Part shown: piece by piece, positions 1-8,908 of the stretch | Layout: every line of letters begins with the position of its first letter | Position numbering within the stretch: the first letter of the stretch is position 1 | From: an uncultured bacterium | Lineage (GTDB): Bacteria; DYJV01 | Assembly (NCBI GenBank): GCA_964543655.1 | Contig: CAZIZE010000042.1 | Coordinates: 1-49,391 of the forward strand | Reading direction: 5' to 3' | Length of the DNA stretch: 49,391 nucleotides | The notes under the pieces: model-generated | The model's input: the letters and a program-made list of their open reading frames with translations, nothing else | Told to the model about the DNA's origin: nothing | The model's database searches: none | Position numbers and translations under genes: made by a program

Positions 1-58
1 CATTTTCTTATTTGTTCAAGATTTCTTTTTGAAAATCCCTCATCTTTTGCAAAATTTT

Positions 59-1690
59 TCATTTTTCCATCTCCATTGCATCCAATAAATCACTTCCTTT
101 TTCCGTAAGCATATATTTTCCTGTCTTCGGTGGGCCAATAAATTCAATAAGTCCTAATTTTTTAAGCAATGCAAGGTCTCTTTCTGCAGTAGCTTTTGAT
201 ATTTTAAAGATTTTTTCCATTTCGGTCCTGCGTAATAAGCCTTTTTCTTGTACATAAAGAATCTCTATACATAGTCTTTCTTTTACTGCCTCATTTACTC
301 CATCAATTACTCCCTCATGATGGAGTAATTTTTCAAATTTTGTTTTCAGTTTATTTATTTCTTGTTCTGTTCCGACTTGTATCCAACTTAACGGCAGCTT
401 AGCAGCAGCTTGCTGGGAAGTTTTTCCCAAACTTGTCTCATCTTCTCTAAATTCAGGATGAATAAAAAAGGTTGTTTTGAAATAACTTCTTTCATCATCT
501 GTTTCAAAAATCGGCTTAGGTGATTGATTTTTTTCTATTTCTTTAAGTATAGTGGGAATACCTGTTTGTCTTCCTTCTGTAAGATGAAGTTCTTTTAAAA
601 ATTCACCTATTCGTCTGTTTCTGTATTTTCTTACATCAAATTGATATTTTTGTAATTTTTCTTTATTGAGCGGAGGCAAAGGACCTGGAAAACTGATAAT
701 GTCTATATGGTCAGGATATATTCTTATTTCTATGGGTGAATCATTGTCATAACCTCTATGATATACGGCATTACATACTGCTTCTTCAAGAGCTTGATAG
801 GGATAATTAAAAAATCTGTCAGCTTCTGCTTTTCCTTCTCTTTTTATTACTTTTTCCTTTACAATCTGATTTTTTAAAAAATTGAGGACATTAATAGTTT
901 GTTCAAATAGATTGCCATCAAAGATTTTTTCTTCAAATTCTATCCCCTCTTTGTCTTTAAAAATCACAACCTCTATTTGTGCAGAAGGGAAAATTTTTTG
1001 AGTGTTTTTTGCAAAAAATAATAACCCGACATTTTTAGGAAGTAAATTTTCATCACTTCCTTCAGCAATATTCATTTTCCTTGCTATTTCTACAATACTT
1101 AAACCGGGTATTTGGTATTCAAGCTCACTTTCAACTTTGTTTAAAAAAGTTTTTATAGCTATGAGCTCAAACTCTTTTACCGAATATCTGTAATTTACTC
1201 TATCATCAAAAGGGATTTGATTTGACATGGAAATGAGCTCTTTTTCTTCCTCTATTGTAGGTTTTACAGTAGAGGAAAAGCGTCTGATGTAATAAAAATA
1301 TCGGGGATTTTTACCTAATGTATCAGCACATTTGTAAGGTCTAACACTTCCACCCGGGCACCACAAAATTAATATCTTTTTTCCTTGATAATCAACAGGT
1401 TCTACTATTGGAAAATAATTTGGAATGATTTTTCTGCAAATATTATTCAATTCTTTCTGTATATTATCAACTTCTTCTACTTTCAGCCCTACAGGAGGTA
1501 ATATTGGCCTTCCATTTTCCTCTTCTATTCCTATGATAATATAACCACCGCCCCAATTATTAAAATCATTGGCAAAGGCTGTAATTGTTTTAAGCACTTG
1601 TTCCGGATTCCATCCCTTTTTAAACTCTATACGTTCCCATTCAACTGTGCTGCCATTTATCAGTTCATTGATATTTATAGGTAAAGCCAT
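59..1690 (-). CDS. Schlafen/AlbA_2-domain + HATPase_c_4 (RecG C-terminal-like) + C-terminal winged-HTH protein
   Basis: 543 aa; N-terminal EWERIEFKK...ITAFAN..GGGYIIIGI (AlbA_2), central YPYQALEEAVCNAVYHRGY and RNRRIGEFLKELHLTEGRQTGIP, C-terminal ISKATAERDLALLKKLGLIEFIGPPKTGKY (wHTH). Confidence 0.85.
   Translation of the reverse strand: MALPININELINGSTVEWERIEFKKGWNPEQVLKTITAFANDFNNWGGGYIIIGIEEENGRPILPPVGLKVEEVDNIQKELNNICRKIIPNYFPIVEPVDYQGKKILILWCPGGSVRPYKCADTLGKNPRYFYYIRRFSSTVKPTIEEEKELISMSNQIPFDDRVNYRYSVKEFELIAIKTFLNKVESELEYQIPGLSIVEIARKMNIAEGSDENLLPKNVGLLFFAKNTQKIFPSAQIEVVIFKDKEGIEFEEKIFDGNLFEQTINVLNFLKNQIVKEKVIKREGKAEADRFFNYPYQALEEAVCNAVYHRGYDNDSPIEIRIYPDHIDIISFPGPLPPLNKEKLQKYQFDVRKYRNRRIGEFLKELHLTEGRQTGIPTILKEIEKNQSPKPIFETDDERSYFKTTFFIHPEFREDETSLGKTSQQAAAKLPLSWIQVGTEQEINKLKTKFEKLLHHEGVIDGVNEAVKERLCIEILYVQEKGLLRRTEMEKIFKISKATAERDLALLKKLGLIEFIGPPKTGKYMLTEKGSDLLDAMEMEK
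282..317. repeat. Three 12-bp tandem units inside gene 59..1690
   Basis: tttactgcctca / tttactccatca / attactccctca, encoding EGVIDGVNEAVK. Confidence 0.7.
368..436. repeat. Degenerate 11-bp-period tandem repeat inside gene 59..1690
   Basis: (a/g)ctt cores at 375, 386, 397, 408, a degenerate one at 419, and 431. Confidence 0.5.
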
Positions 1691-1957
1691 ACTAATCTCT
1701 CTATTTTTTAATGTTTTTAACTCTCATCAAAGTAAAATATAAAAATCCATAATTCCTCTTTTAACTTTGAACTTTTTCAACTTCATCTTCCTGATTTTAA
1801 TTATATTGCTTTTTTTTAATAAAATTTCAAGTAACTTTACAGATTTAGGTTTTGATACTCTTATCCTTTTTCCCTCATATAATAAAATTTAATTTTGTAT
1901 TAATTTTTAAATTTATATGCACTAATTTTTAATTTTTTAGTGTATATTTCAAGAATG

Positions 1958-1974
1958 TGCACTAAATTAGTGCA
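1958..1974. promoter_or_regulatory. 17-bp palindrome, possible operator or hairpin
   Basis: TGCACTA-AAT-TAGTGCA; related inverted pair atatgcacta (1915-1924) / tagtgtatat (1938-1947). Confidence 0.4.
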
Positions 1975-1984
1975 TGTTAATCAT

Positions 1985-3412
1985 TTATTTTTTTAACACA
2001 TAGTAAGTGCTTCTACCTTTGCCCTTTCTTTCAATCAGTTTTTTATTTATCAATATATTAAATATTTCTTTTGCTTTTGTTTCTTTAACGCCAAGTAAAT
2101 TAACCACATCTTTTCTTGATACTTTTTCATTTTCTAACAGGAAAAGTAATACTTTTTTTTCTTCAAGAGTTAATCGGTCGTAATCGGTCGTAATCGGTCG
2201 TAATCGGTCGTAATCGTTCGCAACAACCGTTTTTTCTTTCTCTTTTTGTTGTTCATAATTAATTTTAACAAATGTTACTCTAAAAGCAAATCCCGGTTCG
2301 CTCCATTCCATTCTGATTTCCGGATATTTTTTAAGTTCTTCTGCAATTAGTCGGAGTCCATTTCCCCATTGTTCTATAATTCCAAGTTTTTTAAAAACAG
2401 GTGCAAGCACTTTGTTTCTTATATCAGATTGGCCTGATTCCATATCATTAAAATCAATTGTAGGCATAAGCTTACCAGGGCTTGTAATTTCTATTTTGTC
2501 ATCAAAAATTGCAATTTTAATGTCCTTTCCCGTTAAAGAATAATCTCGGTGAATTACAGCATTCCGTATAACTTCACGAATAGCAATTACAGGATATTCC
2601 CATCTGTCTTTTCTGTAAACTCCTTCATAAGTTGAGCCTTTGGAAATATGCCTCAAAACAAATTTATATGCCTCTTCTGCTTGAAAACTTAACGGTTCGT
2701 CAATGGATTTTTGGTCTATAAAATCACTTGGAACATTACCTTTGAATCGTGCGCATTCTATTTTAGCATAAGGAAAAAGTTCTTTTCTGATTTTATCACC
2801 AGACAGCAGCACAAGAGCATTAGTAGGAAATTCTTTATTTTGCTCCTTTATTATCAAATTCAACTTTTTCATAATGGTTTTTGTAAGTTTTTCTTCTGTT
2901 TTATCTTCAAAGTGTTTTCTAAAAAGGGATATATCTAACTCTTTAACTTTTTTTGAATAAACAGGAAGAGAATCAAATGAGATATTTTGTTTTTGCCTTT
3001 CTAATTCTCTGATAATTTCTTCATTGGCAACGCGATTTGTTGAACCAACCCGAATATAAGTTCCTTTTTCTTTTCCTTTGGTTTTAATAAAATATGGAGG
3101 ATTGCTTCCTTTATAAATTTTTACTACAATAAGATGTTTTCCTTGAAAATTTATAAATAAAATATCCGGTAAAATTATCGGATAACAATTATCATGGATA
3201 ATATTGCTTATTTGTTCTTCTATCGCAGTAAGATTTTCTTCGGAAACTCCCACAATTTCTCTTGGTTTATTTTTAATTCCTATGAAAATTTCACCACCTG
3301 CATCATTTGCAAAAGCAACAACAGTTTTACATAGGTCTGCCTTTGTAGGTAAATGCTCTTTAAATTCAAGTCTTCTCCCTTCAGTCTTGTTTATAATTTC
3401 TGCAATTTTCAT
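1985..3412 (-). CDS. Schlafen/AlbA_2-domain + HATPase_c_4 + C-terminal winged-HTH protein
   Basis: 475 aa; EGRRLEFKE...VVAFANDAGGEIFIGI, YIRVGSTNR, EYPVIAIREVIRNAVIHRDYS, IEITSPG, RNKVLAPVFKKLGIIEQWGNGL, C-terminal LIERKGKGRSTYY. Confidence 0.88.
   Translation of the reverse strand: MKIAEIINKTEGRRLEFKEHLPTKADLCKTVVAFANDAGGEIFIGIKNKPREIVGVSEENLTAIEEQISNIIHDNCYPIILPDILFINFQGKHLIVVKIYKGSNPPYFIKTKGKEKGTYIRVGSTNRVANEEIIRELERQKQNISFDSLPVYSKKVKELDISLFRKHFEDKTEEKLTKTIMKKLNLIIKEQNKEFPTNALVLLSGDKIRKELFPYAKIECARFKGNVPSDFIDQKSIDEPLSFQAEEAYKFVLRHISKGSTYEGVYRKDRWEYPVIAIREVIRNAVIHRDYSLTGKDIKIAIFDDKIEITSPGKLMPTIDFNDMESGQSDIRNKVLAPVFKKLGIIEQWGNGLRLIAEELKKYPEIRMEWSEPGFAFRVTFVKINYEQQKEKEKTVVANDYDRLRPITTDYDRLTLEEKKVLLFLLENEKVSRKDVVNLLGVKETKAKEIFNILINKKLIERKGKGRSTYYVLKK
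2171..2220. repeat. Intragenic 10-bp tandem repeat, 5 units
   Basis: (taatcggtcg)x4 + taatcgttcg, encoding ANDYDRLRPITTDYDRL. Confidence 0.97.
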
Positions 3413-3451
3413 TTTATTTACTCCGTTTTTGTTTAATCATCTTTCCCAACT

Positions 3452-3510
3452 TATACAAAACCAACCTTGAAGCAAGAGATTTTTCGGGCTAACGCCCTTA
3501 AAATGACAGC
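3452..3510 (+). repeat. Partial copy of dispersed miniature repeat family
   Basis: atacaaaaccaaccttgaagcaagagatttttcgggctaa closely matches 22521-22560 and the reverse complement of about 7021-7070. Confidence 0.85.
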
Positions 3511-3594
3511 TTTTGTGATGTATAAGAACACTTGTAAAATTGCTATTGGATTTTACATTTGGTTTTGTATAATTTTTCAAATTTTGTTTTCAGT

Positions 3595-3952
3595 TTATTT
3601 TTTCAGCACATAGTAAGTGCTTCTGCCTTTTCCTTTTCGTAATATAAGTCCTTTTTTTACTAATAAATTTAAAATTTCATAAGTTTTAGTGTCTTTTAAT
3701 TCCAATAATTCTGTTGCTCTTTTACGGTTGATCTTCTGGTTAGCTAAAAGATAAAGAAGTATTTTCTGCTCCTCTGTGGATAATCGTTCGTAATCGTTCA
3801 TAATCGTTCATAATCGTTCGCAATCGTTCGCAATCGTTCATAATCGTTTTCAATAGGTCGTAATCGGTCGCTATAACCGTTTTTTCTTTCTCTTTTTGTT
3901 GTTCATAATTAACTTTAACAAATGTTACTCTAAAAGCAAATCCCGATTCGCT
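3595..3952 (-). pseudogene. Orphan 3' fragment (linker, repeats, wHTH) paralogous to the end of gene 1985..3412; contains 68-aa ORF 3595..3801
   Basis: 3875-3952 is 76/78 identical to 2225-2302; HTH about 38/62 aa identical with the same RKGKGRSTYYVLKK end; no N-terminal domains; linker out of frame with the HTH. Confidence 0.9.
3781..3870. repeat. 10-bp tandem repeat, 9 units
   Basis: (t/c)aatcgttc(g/a) x6, taatcgtttt, caataggtcg, taatcggtcg. Confidence 0.95.
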
Positions 3953-3973
3953 AAAAAAACTTAATTTCCTATA

Positions 3974-4858
3974 CTAATCTGCAACAATAAACTGCAAATA
4001 TTTATCTTTGCTAACTTTTACAGTTTCTACTTTATCTTTAAAAAAATCACCATCAACCTGAACAGATAGATTATTCAAACTTTCTATTTTAACCTGATTG
4101 GAGGGGATAAATTGGTAATTCTTTTTACTTGAAAAATCCTTTTTAATAAAAACATTATATAAAAAATTTAATAGAATTTTGAGGTTTAATTTTCTAAAAA
4201 TTAGTACCTCAAACTCTTGACTAAAAATATTTGCATTATTAAAAATTTTAAAATTCCCTGCATATTTTTCAGTTCTATTAATTATAGCAGTTTGTGCTTC
4301 TAAATTTTGATTATTTTCTGCTATTATTTTAAAGTATGGCAATTTTTCTAAATTAGATAAGACTCTAAAAGCAGATAAAATATACGCAAATTTTCCTGCT
4401 ATCTTCTTTAATTTCAAATTCACATTTTCAACAATCATTCCATCAAAACCAATACCGCAGGTAAAAAGAAAATATTTTTTGTTAATTTCAGATAAAAAAA
4501 TTTTGCGTTTCTTATTTTTCAATATAATTTCTATGGCTTTAGATAATTTTTTAGGAATTTTAAGCTCTTTTGCAATAACATTTGCGGTACCAGCTGGAAT
4601 AATACCTATAGCAATATCATTCCTTCCTGCTTTAACAATCCCTTCACAAACCTCATTTATTGTGCCATCACCACCAACAGCAATAATAGTAATCTCATCA
4701 TTAAAAAAATTTTTTGAAACATTGTAAGCTAACTCAATACTCTCTCCTGCATAATTTGAAAAGAGTGTCTCAACATTACCTAACATTCCTCTTATTTTTT
4801 CCAAGCTATCTTGTTTAGCATGTTTTGATAACGGATTAACTATAACAAAATATTTCAT
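3974..4858 (-). CDS. Diacylglycerol/sphingosine kinase family (YegS/DgkB-like) lipid kinase
   Basis: IVNPLS, AVGGDGTINEV, IIPAGTANVIAKEL, GIGFDG, QVDGD motifs. Confidence 0.9.
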   Translation of the reverse strand: MKYFVIVNPLSKHAKQDSLEKIRGMLGNVETLFSNYAGESIELAYNVSKNFFNDEITIIAVGGDGTINEVCEGIVKAGRNDIAIGIIPAGTANVIAKELKIPKKLSKAIEIILKNKKRKIFLSEINKKYFLFTCGIGFDGMIVENVNLKLKKIAGKFAYILSAFRVLSNLEKLPYFKIIAENNQNLEAQTAIINRTEKYAGNFKIFNNANIFSQEFEVLIFRKLNLKILLNFLYNVFIKKDFSSKKNYQFIPSNQVKIESLNNLSVQVDGDFFKDKVETVKVSKDKYLQFIVAD

Positions 4859-5706
4859 TTATTTAATACTCTAAACTTACGAATTAGATACAAAGATATT
4901 TGAAAACAGAAAATAGCAGTAAAAATACCTGCTTCAACATCAACAAAGTAATGATACCTTAAATACATTGTAGAAAGAGTGAGTAAAATAAAAATTACTA
5001 AAAAAATATAAAAATAATTTTCTGTAATTTTCGAATAAATTAACACTATTAATGCTATTGCAACGTGAGAACTTGGCATTGCAGAACCTGGTAATTCACC
5101 ATGTTTGTAAAAAAAATGTATAATTTTATCAAAAATTATTCCATTAATTTTCAAATGCTCATATTCAAATGGCCCAGCTATTGGAACAAAAATATAAAAT
5201 AAATAACATATATAGTAAGTTGTCATTAATGATATTAAAAAATAGTGAAACATTTTCCTATTATGACGGTAAATTAAAAAGCCCATTACTGGAATTATAA
5301 GATAATATGCAAAATAAGACATATACATTATCTCATTTATAATTCTGCTTCCAAAAAATTTATATAAAACAAGCCCTAAATCAACTCCAAAAGCCTTTTG
5401 CTCCAAATTGAAAATAAAAGTATCCCAGAAACCTTTAAAAACAATTTGGTTTAAATGGCCAGTTTCTTCATAGAGAAAAGTTACAATAATAAGAGGATAC
5501 CAATCCCTGAGCAACCTGAGATTAAACCTATCACTTAATTTATAAAAGCATAAAAAAACTATTATAATAAGAAAGTGTAATAATATGTATAAATAATAGC
5601 TTTCAAGCTCTGTTCCAAAAATTAAAATAATAATCCCAACAATTGCAATATATAGTAAAGTAAGCTTATCTATAAGATTTAAAGATAGTTGTTTTCTCTG
5701 TACCAT
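4855..5706 (-). CDS. PAP2-superfamily membrane phosphatase/phosphotransferase (Aur1/IPC synthase-like)
   Basis: Several hydrophobic helices; LRDWYP, PIAGP, SAMPSSHVA, RYHYFVDVEAG. Confidence 0.85.
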   Translation of the reverse strand: MVQRKQLSLNLIDKLTLLYIAIVGIIILIFGTELESYYLYILLHFLIIIVFLCFYKLSDRFNLRLLRDWYPLIIVTFLYEETGHLNQIVFKGFWDTFIFNLEQKAFGVDLGLVLYKFFGSRIINEIMYMSYFAYYLIIPVMGFLIYRHNRKMFHYFLISLMTTYYICYLFYIFVPIAGPFEYEHLKINGIIFDKIIHFFYKHGELPGSAMPSSHVAIALIVLIYSKITENYFYIFLVIFILLTLSTMYLRYHYFVDVEAGIFTAIFCFQISLYLIRKFRVLNK

Positions 5707-6641
5707 TTGAATGTTTCCTCAATAGCTTCAAAAAATTCATATTCCAGATTAAAATTCAAAACTAACCTTGCTTTTTCTCCTGAACATATCCAATTTTTTG
5801 CTGAAACTTCTTTTAATTTATCAAGATTTAAAAGAGGTGGAACATTGGAAAAAGCATATACAATCTGCATTGGAATACCAATTACATTGGTGAAAAATTG
5901 TGGAAGATTTATCTTTAAACTTCTTTTATTACAGGCATTTTCTATTGCTCTTACAATATCACCTATTTTATAAAAATCTTTAAATGAAATAAAAAACTCC
6001 TGATTAATTGCATTTTTGTTTAAAATAGTTGATAATATAAAACGACCAAGATCTTTAACATATATAAGACTATACAATCTCTGAACATCTCCAGCATTTA
6101 AAACAAATCTGTTTTTAACCATTTTAAAATAGGTATAAATATCTGTATCAAATGGGCCAAAAACAGCTGGCGGCCTAATAATTGTAAATGGAAATCCTGA
6201 CTTTTTTACAAGCTTTTCAGCAAGCAATTTGCTCTTTCCATAATGGGAAATCGGTCTTGGTTTACTTATTTCATCAACAGGAATATCAAACTCTGTTGGT
6301 CCAAACGCTGCCAGACTGCTAATATATATAAATTGCTTTACACCTTTTCCTTTAAATTGCTTTAAAAGATTCCCTGTGCCTCTTGTGTTTATTTTGTAAA
6401 AATTCTTTGAATAAAGTGTTTTTGTGAGTCCTGCAATATGTATAATTATATCAATATCTAAATTTTTAACAGATGAAAGGTTAAAAAGCTCTCCTTTTAA
6501 GAAATTAACATTAAAAGATTTTAAATATGAATCAGGCTCATTTCTAACAATAGCATAAATATTAAACTTTTTCTCTGAAACAAGCAGTGGAAGCAAATTT
6601 CTACCAACAAATCCTGAAACACCTGTTATAAGCAAATTCAT
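5679..6641 (-). CDS. NAD-dependent epimerase/dehydratase (extended SDR)
   Basis: ITGVSGFVG Rossmann motif, ISSLAAFGP, YGKSK catalytic YxxxK, IRPPAVFGP. Confidence 0.88.
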   Translation of the reverse strand: MNLLITGVSGFVGRNLLPLLVSEKKFNIYAIVRNEPDSYLKSFNVNFLKGELFNLSSVKNLDIDIIIHIAGLTKTLYSKNFYKINTRGTGNLLKQFKGKGVKQFIYISSLAAFGPTEFDIPVDEISKPRPISHYGKSKLLAEKLVKKSGFPFTIIRPPAVFGPFDTDIYTYFKMVKNRFVLNAGDVQRLYSLIYVKDLGRFILSTILNKNAINQEFFISFKDFYKIGDIVRAIENACNKRSLKINLPQFFTNVIGIPMQIVYAFSNVPPLLNLDKLKEVSAKNWICSGEKARLVLNFNLEYEFFEAIEETFKWYRENNYL

Positions 6642-6864
6642 AAATTACCCCACAAATTATCAATTTGTCTCTACACTTTCCTGTAATAAAAATTAAGAAC
6701 AGCAAATTCACTGCTCAACGTTAAAAGATACTTTAATAGCAACAACTTAAGAATATTTCAGATGCTATTTCAAGTAGAACATTACAAAACTAAATGTAAA
6801 ATCCAACAGCAAATTTTATACACAATTTTCAATGAAAAATGAAACAATATTCATCAATTAAAAA

Positions 6865-7070
6865 TTTAAATGGAAAATTGTATAACAGCTATCTCATATA
6901 TCCCGTACGGGCAATTCATAAATTGCACGTACCAAATCCTAATCCCTAAATCCCAAATCCAACTTTAACTTTGAACTAATAACTGCCAACTGACAACTAA
7001 TAACTGATAACTGATAACTATCATTGGGGCTCTATCCCGAAAAATCATTGATTCAAGGTTGGTTTTGAAT
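6865..7070 (-). repeat. Composite miniature repeat element, copy A
   Basis: Inverted homologue of 22521-22755: palindrome gtacgggcaatt-cata-aattgcacgtac (6905-6932), aatccct-type units (6933-6960), aactgat-type heptamers (6961-7020), conserved end (7021-7070). Confidence 0.85.
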
Positions 7071-7080
7071 TATATACAAA

Positions 7081-7298
7081 TTAAGACCTTTGCACAGTAA
7101 AAAATGGTAAAAATTAATCCAATAGATAAGTAAATAAAAGTAACTATTTATAATGGATTCTTCCCCTTCGCTTTGCTCAGGGTCAGAATGACTTTTTGGG
7201 GTCATTCTGAGGGAGCGAAGCGACTGAAGAATCCATAAGTTGCTATTATCAAATAAAAATTTTAGCATATCACTAAAAATACTGTGCAAATGTCTTAA
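7081..7298. mobile_element. MITE-like element with terminal inverted repeats and internal palindrome
   Basis: ttaagacctttgcacagta (7081-7099) and tactgtgcaaatgtcttaa (7280-7298) are 18/19 inverted with TTAA at both ends; internal GC-rich palindrome 7153-7236; no transposase. Confidence 0.75.
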
Positions 7299-7533
7299 AT
7301 TTATTTTTATTTTATAATTTTATTGTGCAAACACCTTAAATCTATTATATCCCTTTAACCACTGTGCAACGGTTTTTAATTAATTTTGGAATTTTACAAA
7401 ATTATCAGTTCACTATTTGCAAACTATTTGGCATTAAAACGTTGGCATATAAAATTTCAGTTTTCAACGTTCCAGTTCGAGAATGGAAAACTCAGCTATA
7501 ATCTGCTCAATTTCAAAATTCTAATTTTTACTT

Positions 7534-8409
7534 TTAACTTGTTTTTTTCAACAAAGGGAATCCCATTTCTTCTCTCTGTTTCAAATATTCATTTGCACAT
7601 AATCTTGCAAGATTTCTAATCCTTCCAATATAACCTGTTCTCTCTGTAACAGAAATTGCATTCCTTGCATCAAGCATATTGAAAGTATGCGAACATTTAA
7701 GACAATAATCGTAAGCTGGTAAAACCAAACCTTTTTCTATAAGTCTTTTAGATTCTTTTTCATACATATCAAAAAGGTTAAAAAGCATATTAATATCAGC
7801 TTCATCAAAATTATAAATAGACCCCTCTACCTCACCTTTGTGATGAATATCTCCATAGGTTAAATCATTATTCCATTTGAGATTGTAAACATTGTCAACA
7901 CCCTGAAGATACATTGAAATTCGCTCAATACCATATGTTATTTCACCTGAAACAGGGTAAAGGTCAACTCCACCAGCCTGCTGAAAATATGTAAATTGTG
8001 TTATTTCCATACCATCAAGCCAAACTTCCCAACCAAGACCCCAGGCTCCAAGTGTAGGGGATTCCCAGTCATCCTCAACAAACCTAATATCATGTTCAAG
8101 TGGGTCTATACCTAAAAATTTTAATGAATCAAGGTATATTTCCTGAATATTCTGTGGTGATGGCTTTAATATTACCTGAAATTGATAATAGTGCTGTAAT
8201 CTATTAGGATTTTCACCATATCTTCCATCAGTTGGTCTCCTTGAAGGTTCAACATAAGCCACATTAAAAGGCTCTGGCCCAAGCACCCTTAGAAATGTTG
8301 CCGGGTTCATGGTGCCTGCACCAACTTCTATATCGTAAGGTTGTTGAATAACACATCCATAATCAGCCCAGAATTTCTGCAGATTTAATACCACATCTTG
8401 AAAATTCAT
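7534..8409 (-). CDS. glyQ: Glycine--tRNA ligase alpha subunit
   Basis: [49 protein letters not shown]. Confidence 0.98.
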   Translation of the reverse strand: MNFQDVVLNLQKFWADYGCVIQQPYDIEVGAGTMNPATFLRVLGPEPFNVAYVEPSRRPTDGRYGENPNRLQHYYQFQVILKPSPQNIQEIYLDSLKFLGIDPLEHDIRFVEDDWESPTLGAWGLGWEVWLDGMEITQFTYFQQAGGVDLYPVSGEITYGIERISMYLQGVDNVYNLKWNNDLTYGDIHHKGEVEGSIYNFDEADINMLFNLFDMYEKESKRLIEKGLVLPAYDYCLKCSHTFNMLDARNAISVTERTGYIGRIRNLARLCANEYLKQREEMGFPLLKKTS

Positions 8410-8430
8410 TAACTCCTCCTGCTATTTTAT

Positions 8431-8457
8431 AAGGCATCTCCAAATAAGAGATGCCTT
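8431..8457. terminator. Stem-loop between ndk and glyQ
   Basis: aaggcatctc-caaataa-gagatgcctt, perfect 10-bp stem; no clear U-tract on the minus strand. Confidence 0.5.
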
Positions 8458-8462
8458 TCAAT

Positions 8463-8885
8463 TTATCGTTCATTTATTTCAAATGCATTAAAGAAATATT
8501 TTGTTTCAAAATCTGCTGTTTCAACTGCATCTGAGCCATGAACAGCATTTTTTTCTATATCTGTTGCAAAAAGCTTTCTAATTGTACCTTCTTCAGCATT
8601 TGCAGGATTTGTTGCACCCATTAATTTTCTCCATTTTGAAATTACATCCTCACCTTCAAGCAACATTAACACAACAGGTCCTGATGTCATAAAATCTATT
8701 AAGCTATTAAAGAAAGGCTTTTCTTTATGAACATAATAAAAACCTTCTGCCTGTTTTCTTGTCATTGTAACCATTTTTAAACCAACTATTTTTATATTGT
8801 TCTCTTCAATAATAGAAATAATTTTACCAACTACATTTTTCTTAACTGCATCTGGCTTAATAATTCCGAGAGTTCTCTGTAACAT
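8463..8885 (-). CDS. ndk: Nucleoside diphosphate kinase
   Basis: [30 protein letters not shown]. Confidence 0.98.
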   Translation of the reverse strand: MLQRTLGIIKPDAVKKNVVGKIISIIEENNIKIVGLKMVTMTRKQAEGFYYVHKEKPFFNSLIDFMTSGPVVLMLLEGEDVISKWRKLMGATNPANAEEGTIRKLFATDIEKNAVHGSDAVETADFETKYFFNAFEINER

Positions 8886-8908
8886 AAAGCTCCTCCTTCA
8901 ATTTTAAT

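Noticed and set aside
1-58. Possible start codon of a further minus-strand gene at 1-3
   Set aside because: Only one codon visible and no clear SD
3781-3870. Repeat arrays here, at 2171-2220, 6961-7020 and 22599-22686 as CRISPR
   Set aside because: Contiguous 7-10 bp units with no spacers; no cas genes in the window
2225-3952. Diversity-generating retroelement TR/VR pair
   Set aside because: No reverse transcriptase in the window; differences in the HTH region are not confined to adenines
7053-7289. 78-aa minus-strand ORF containing ILQSLRSLRMT
   Set aside because: Translation of the MITE and its palindrome; no recognisable protein features
7427-7460. Sigma54 promoter at two TTGGCAT motifs
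   Set aside because: No GC at the required GG-N10-GC spacing
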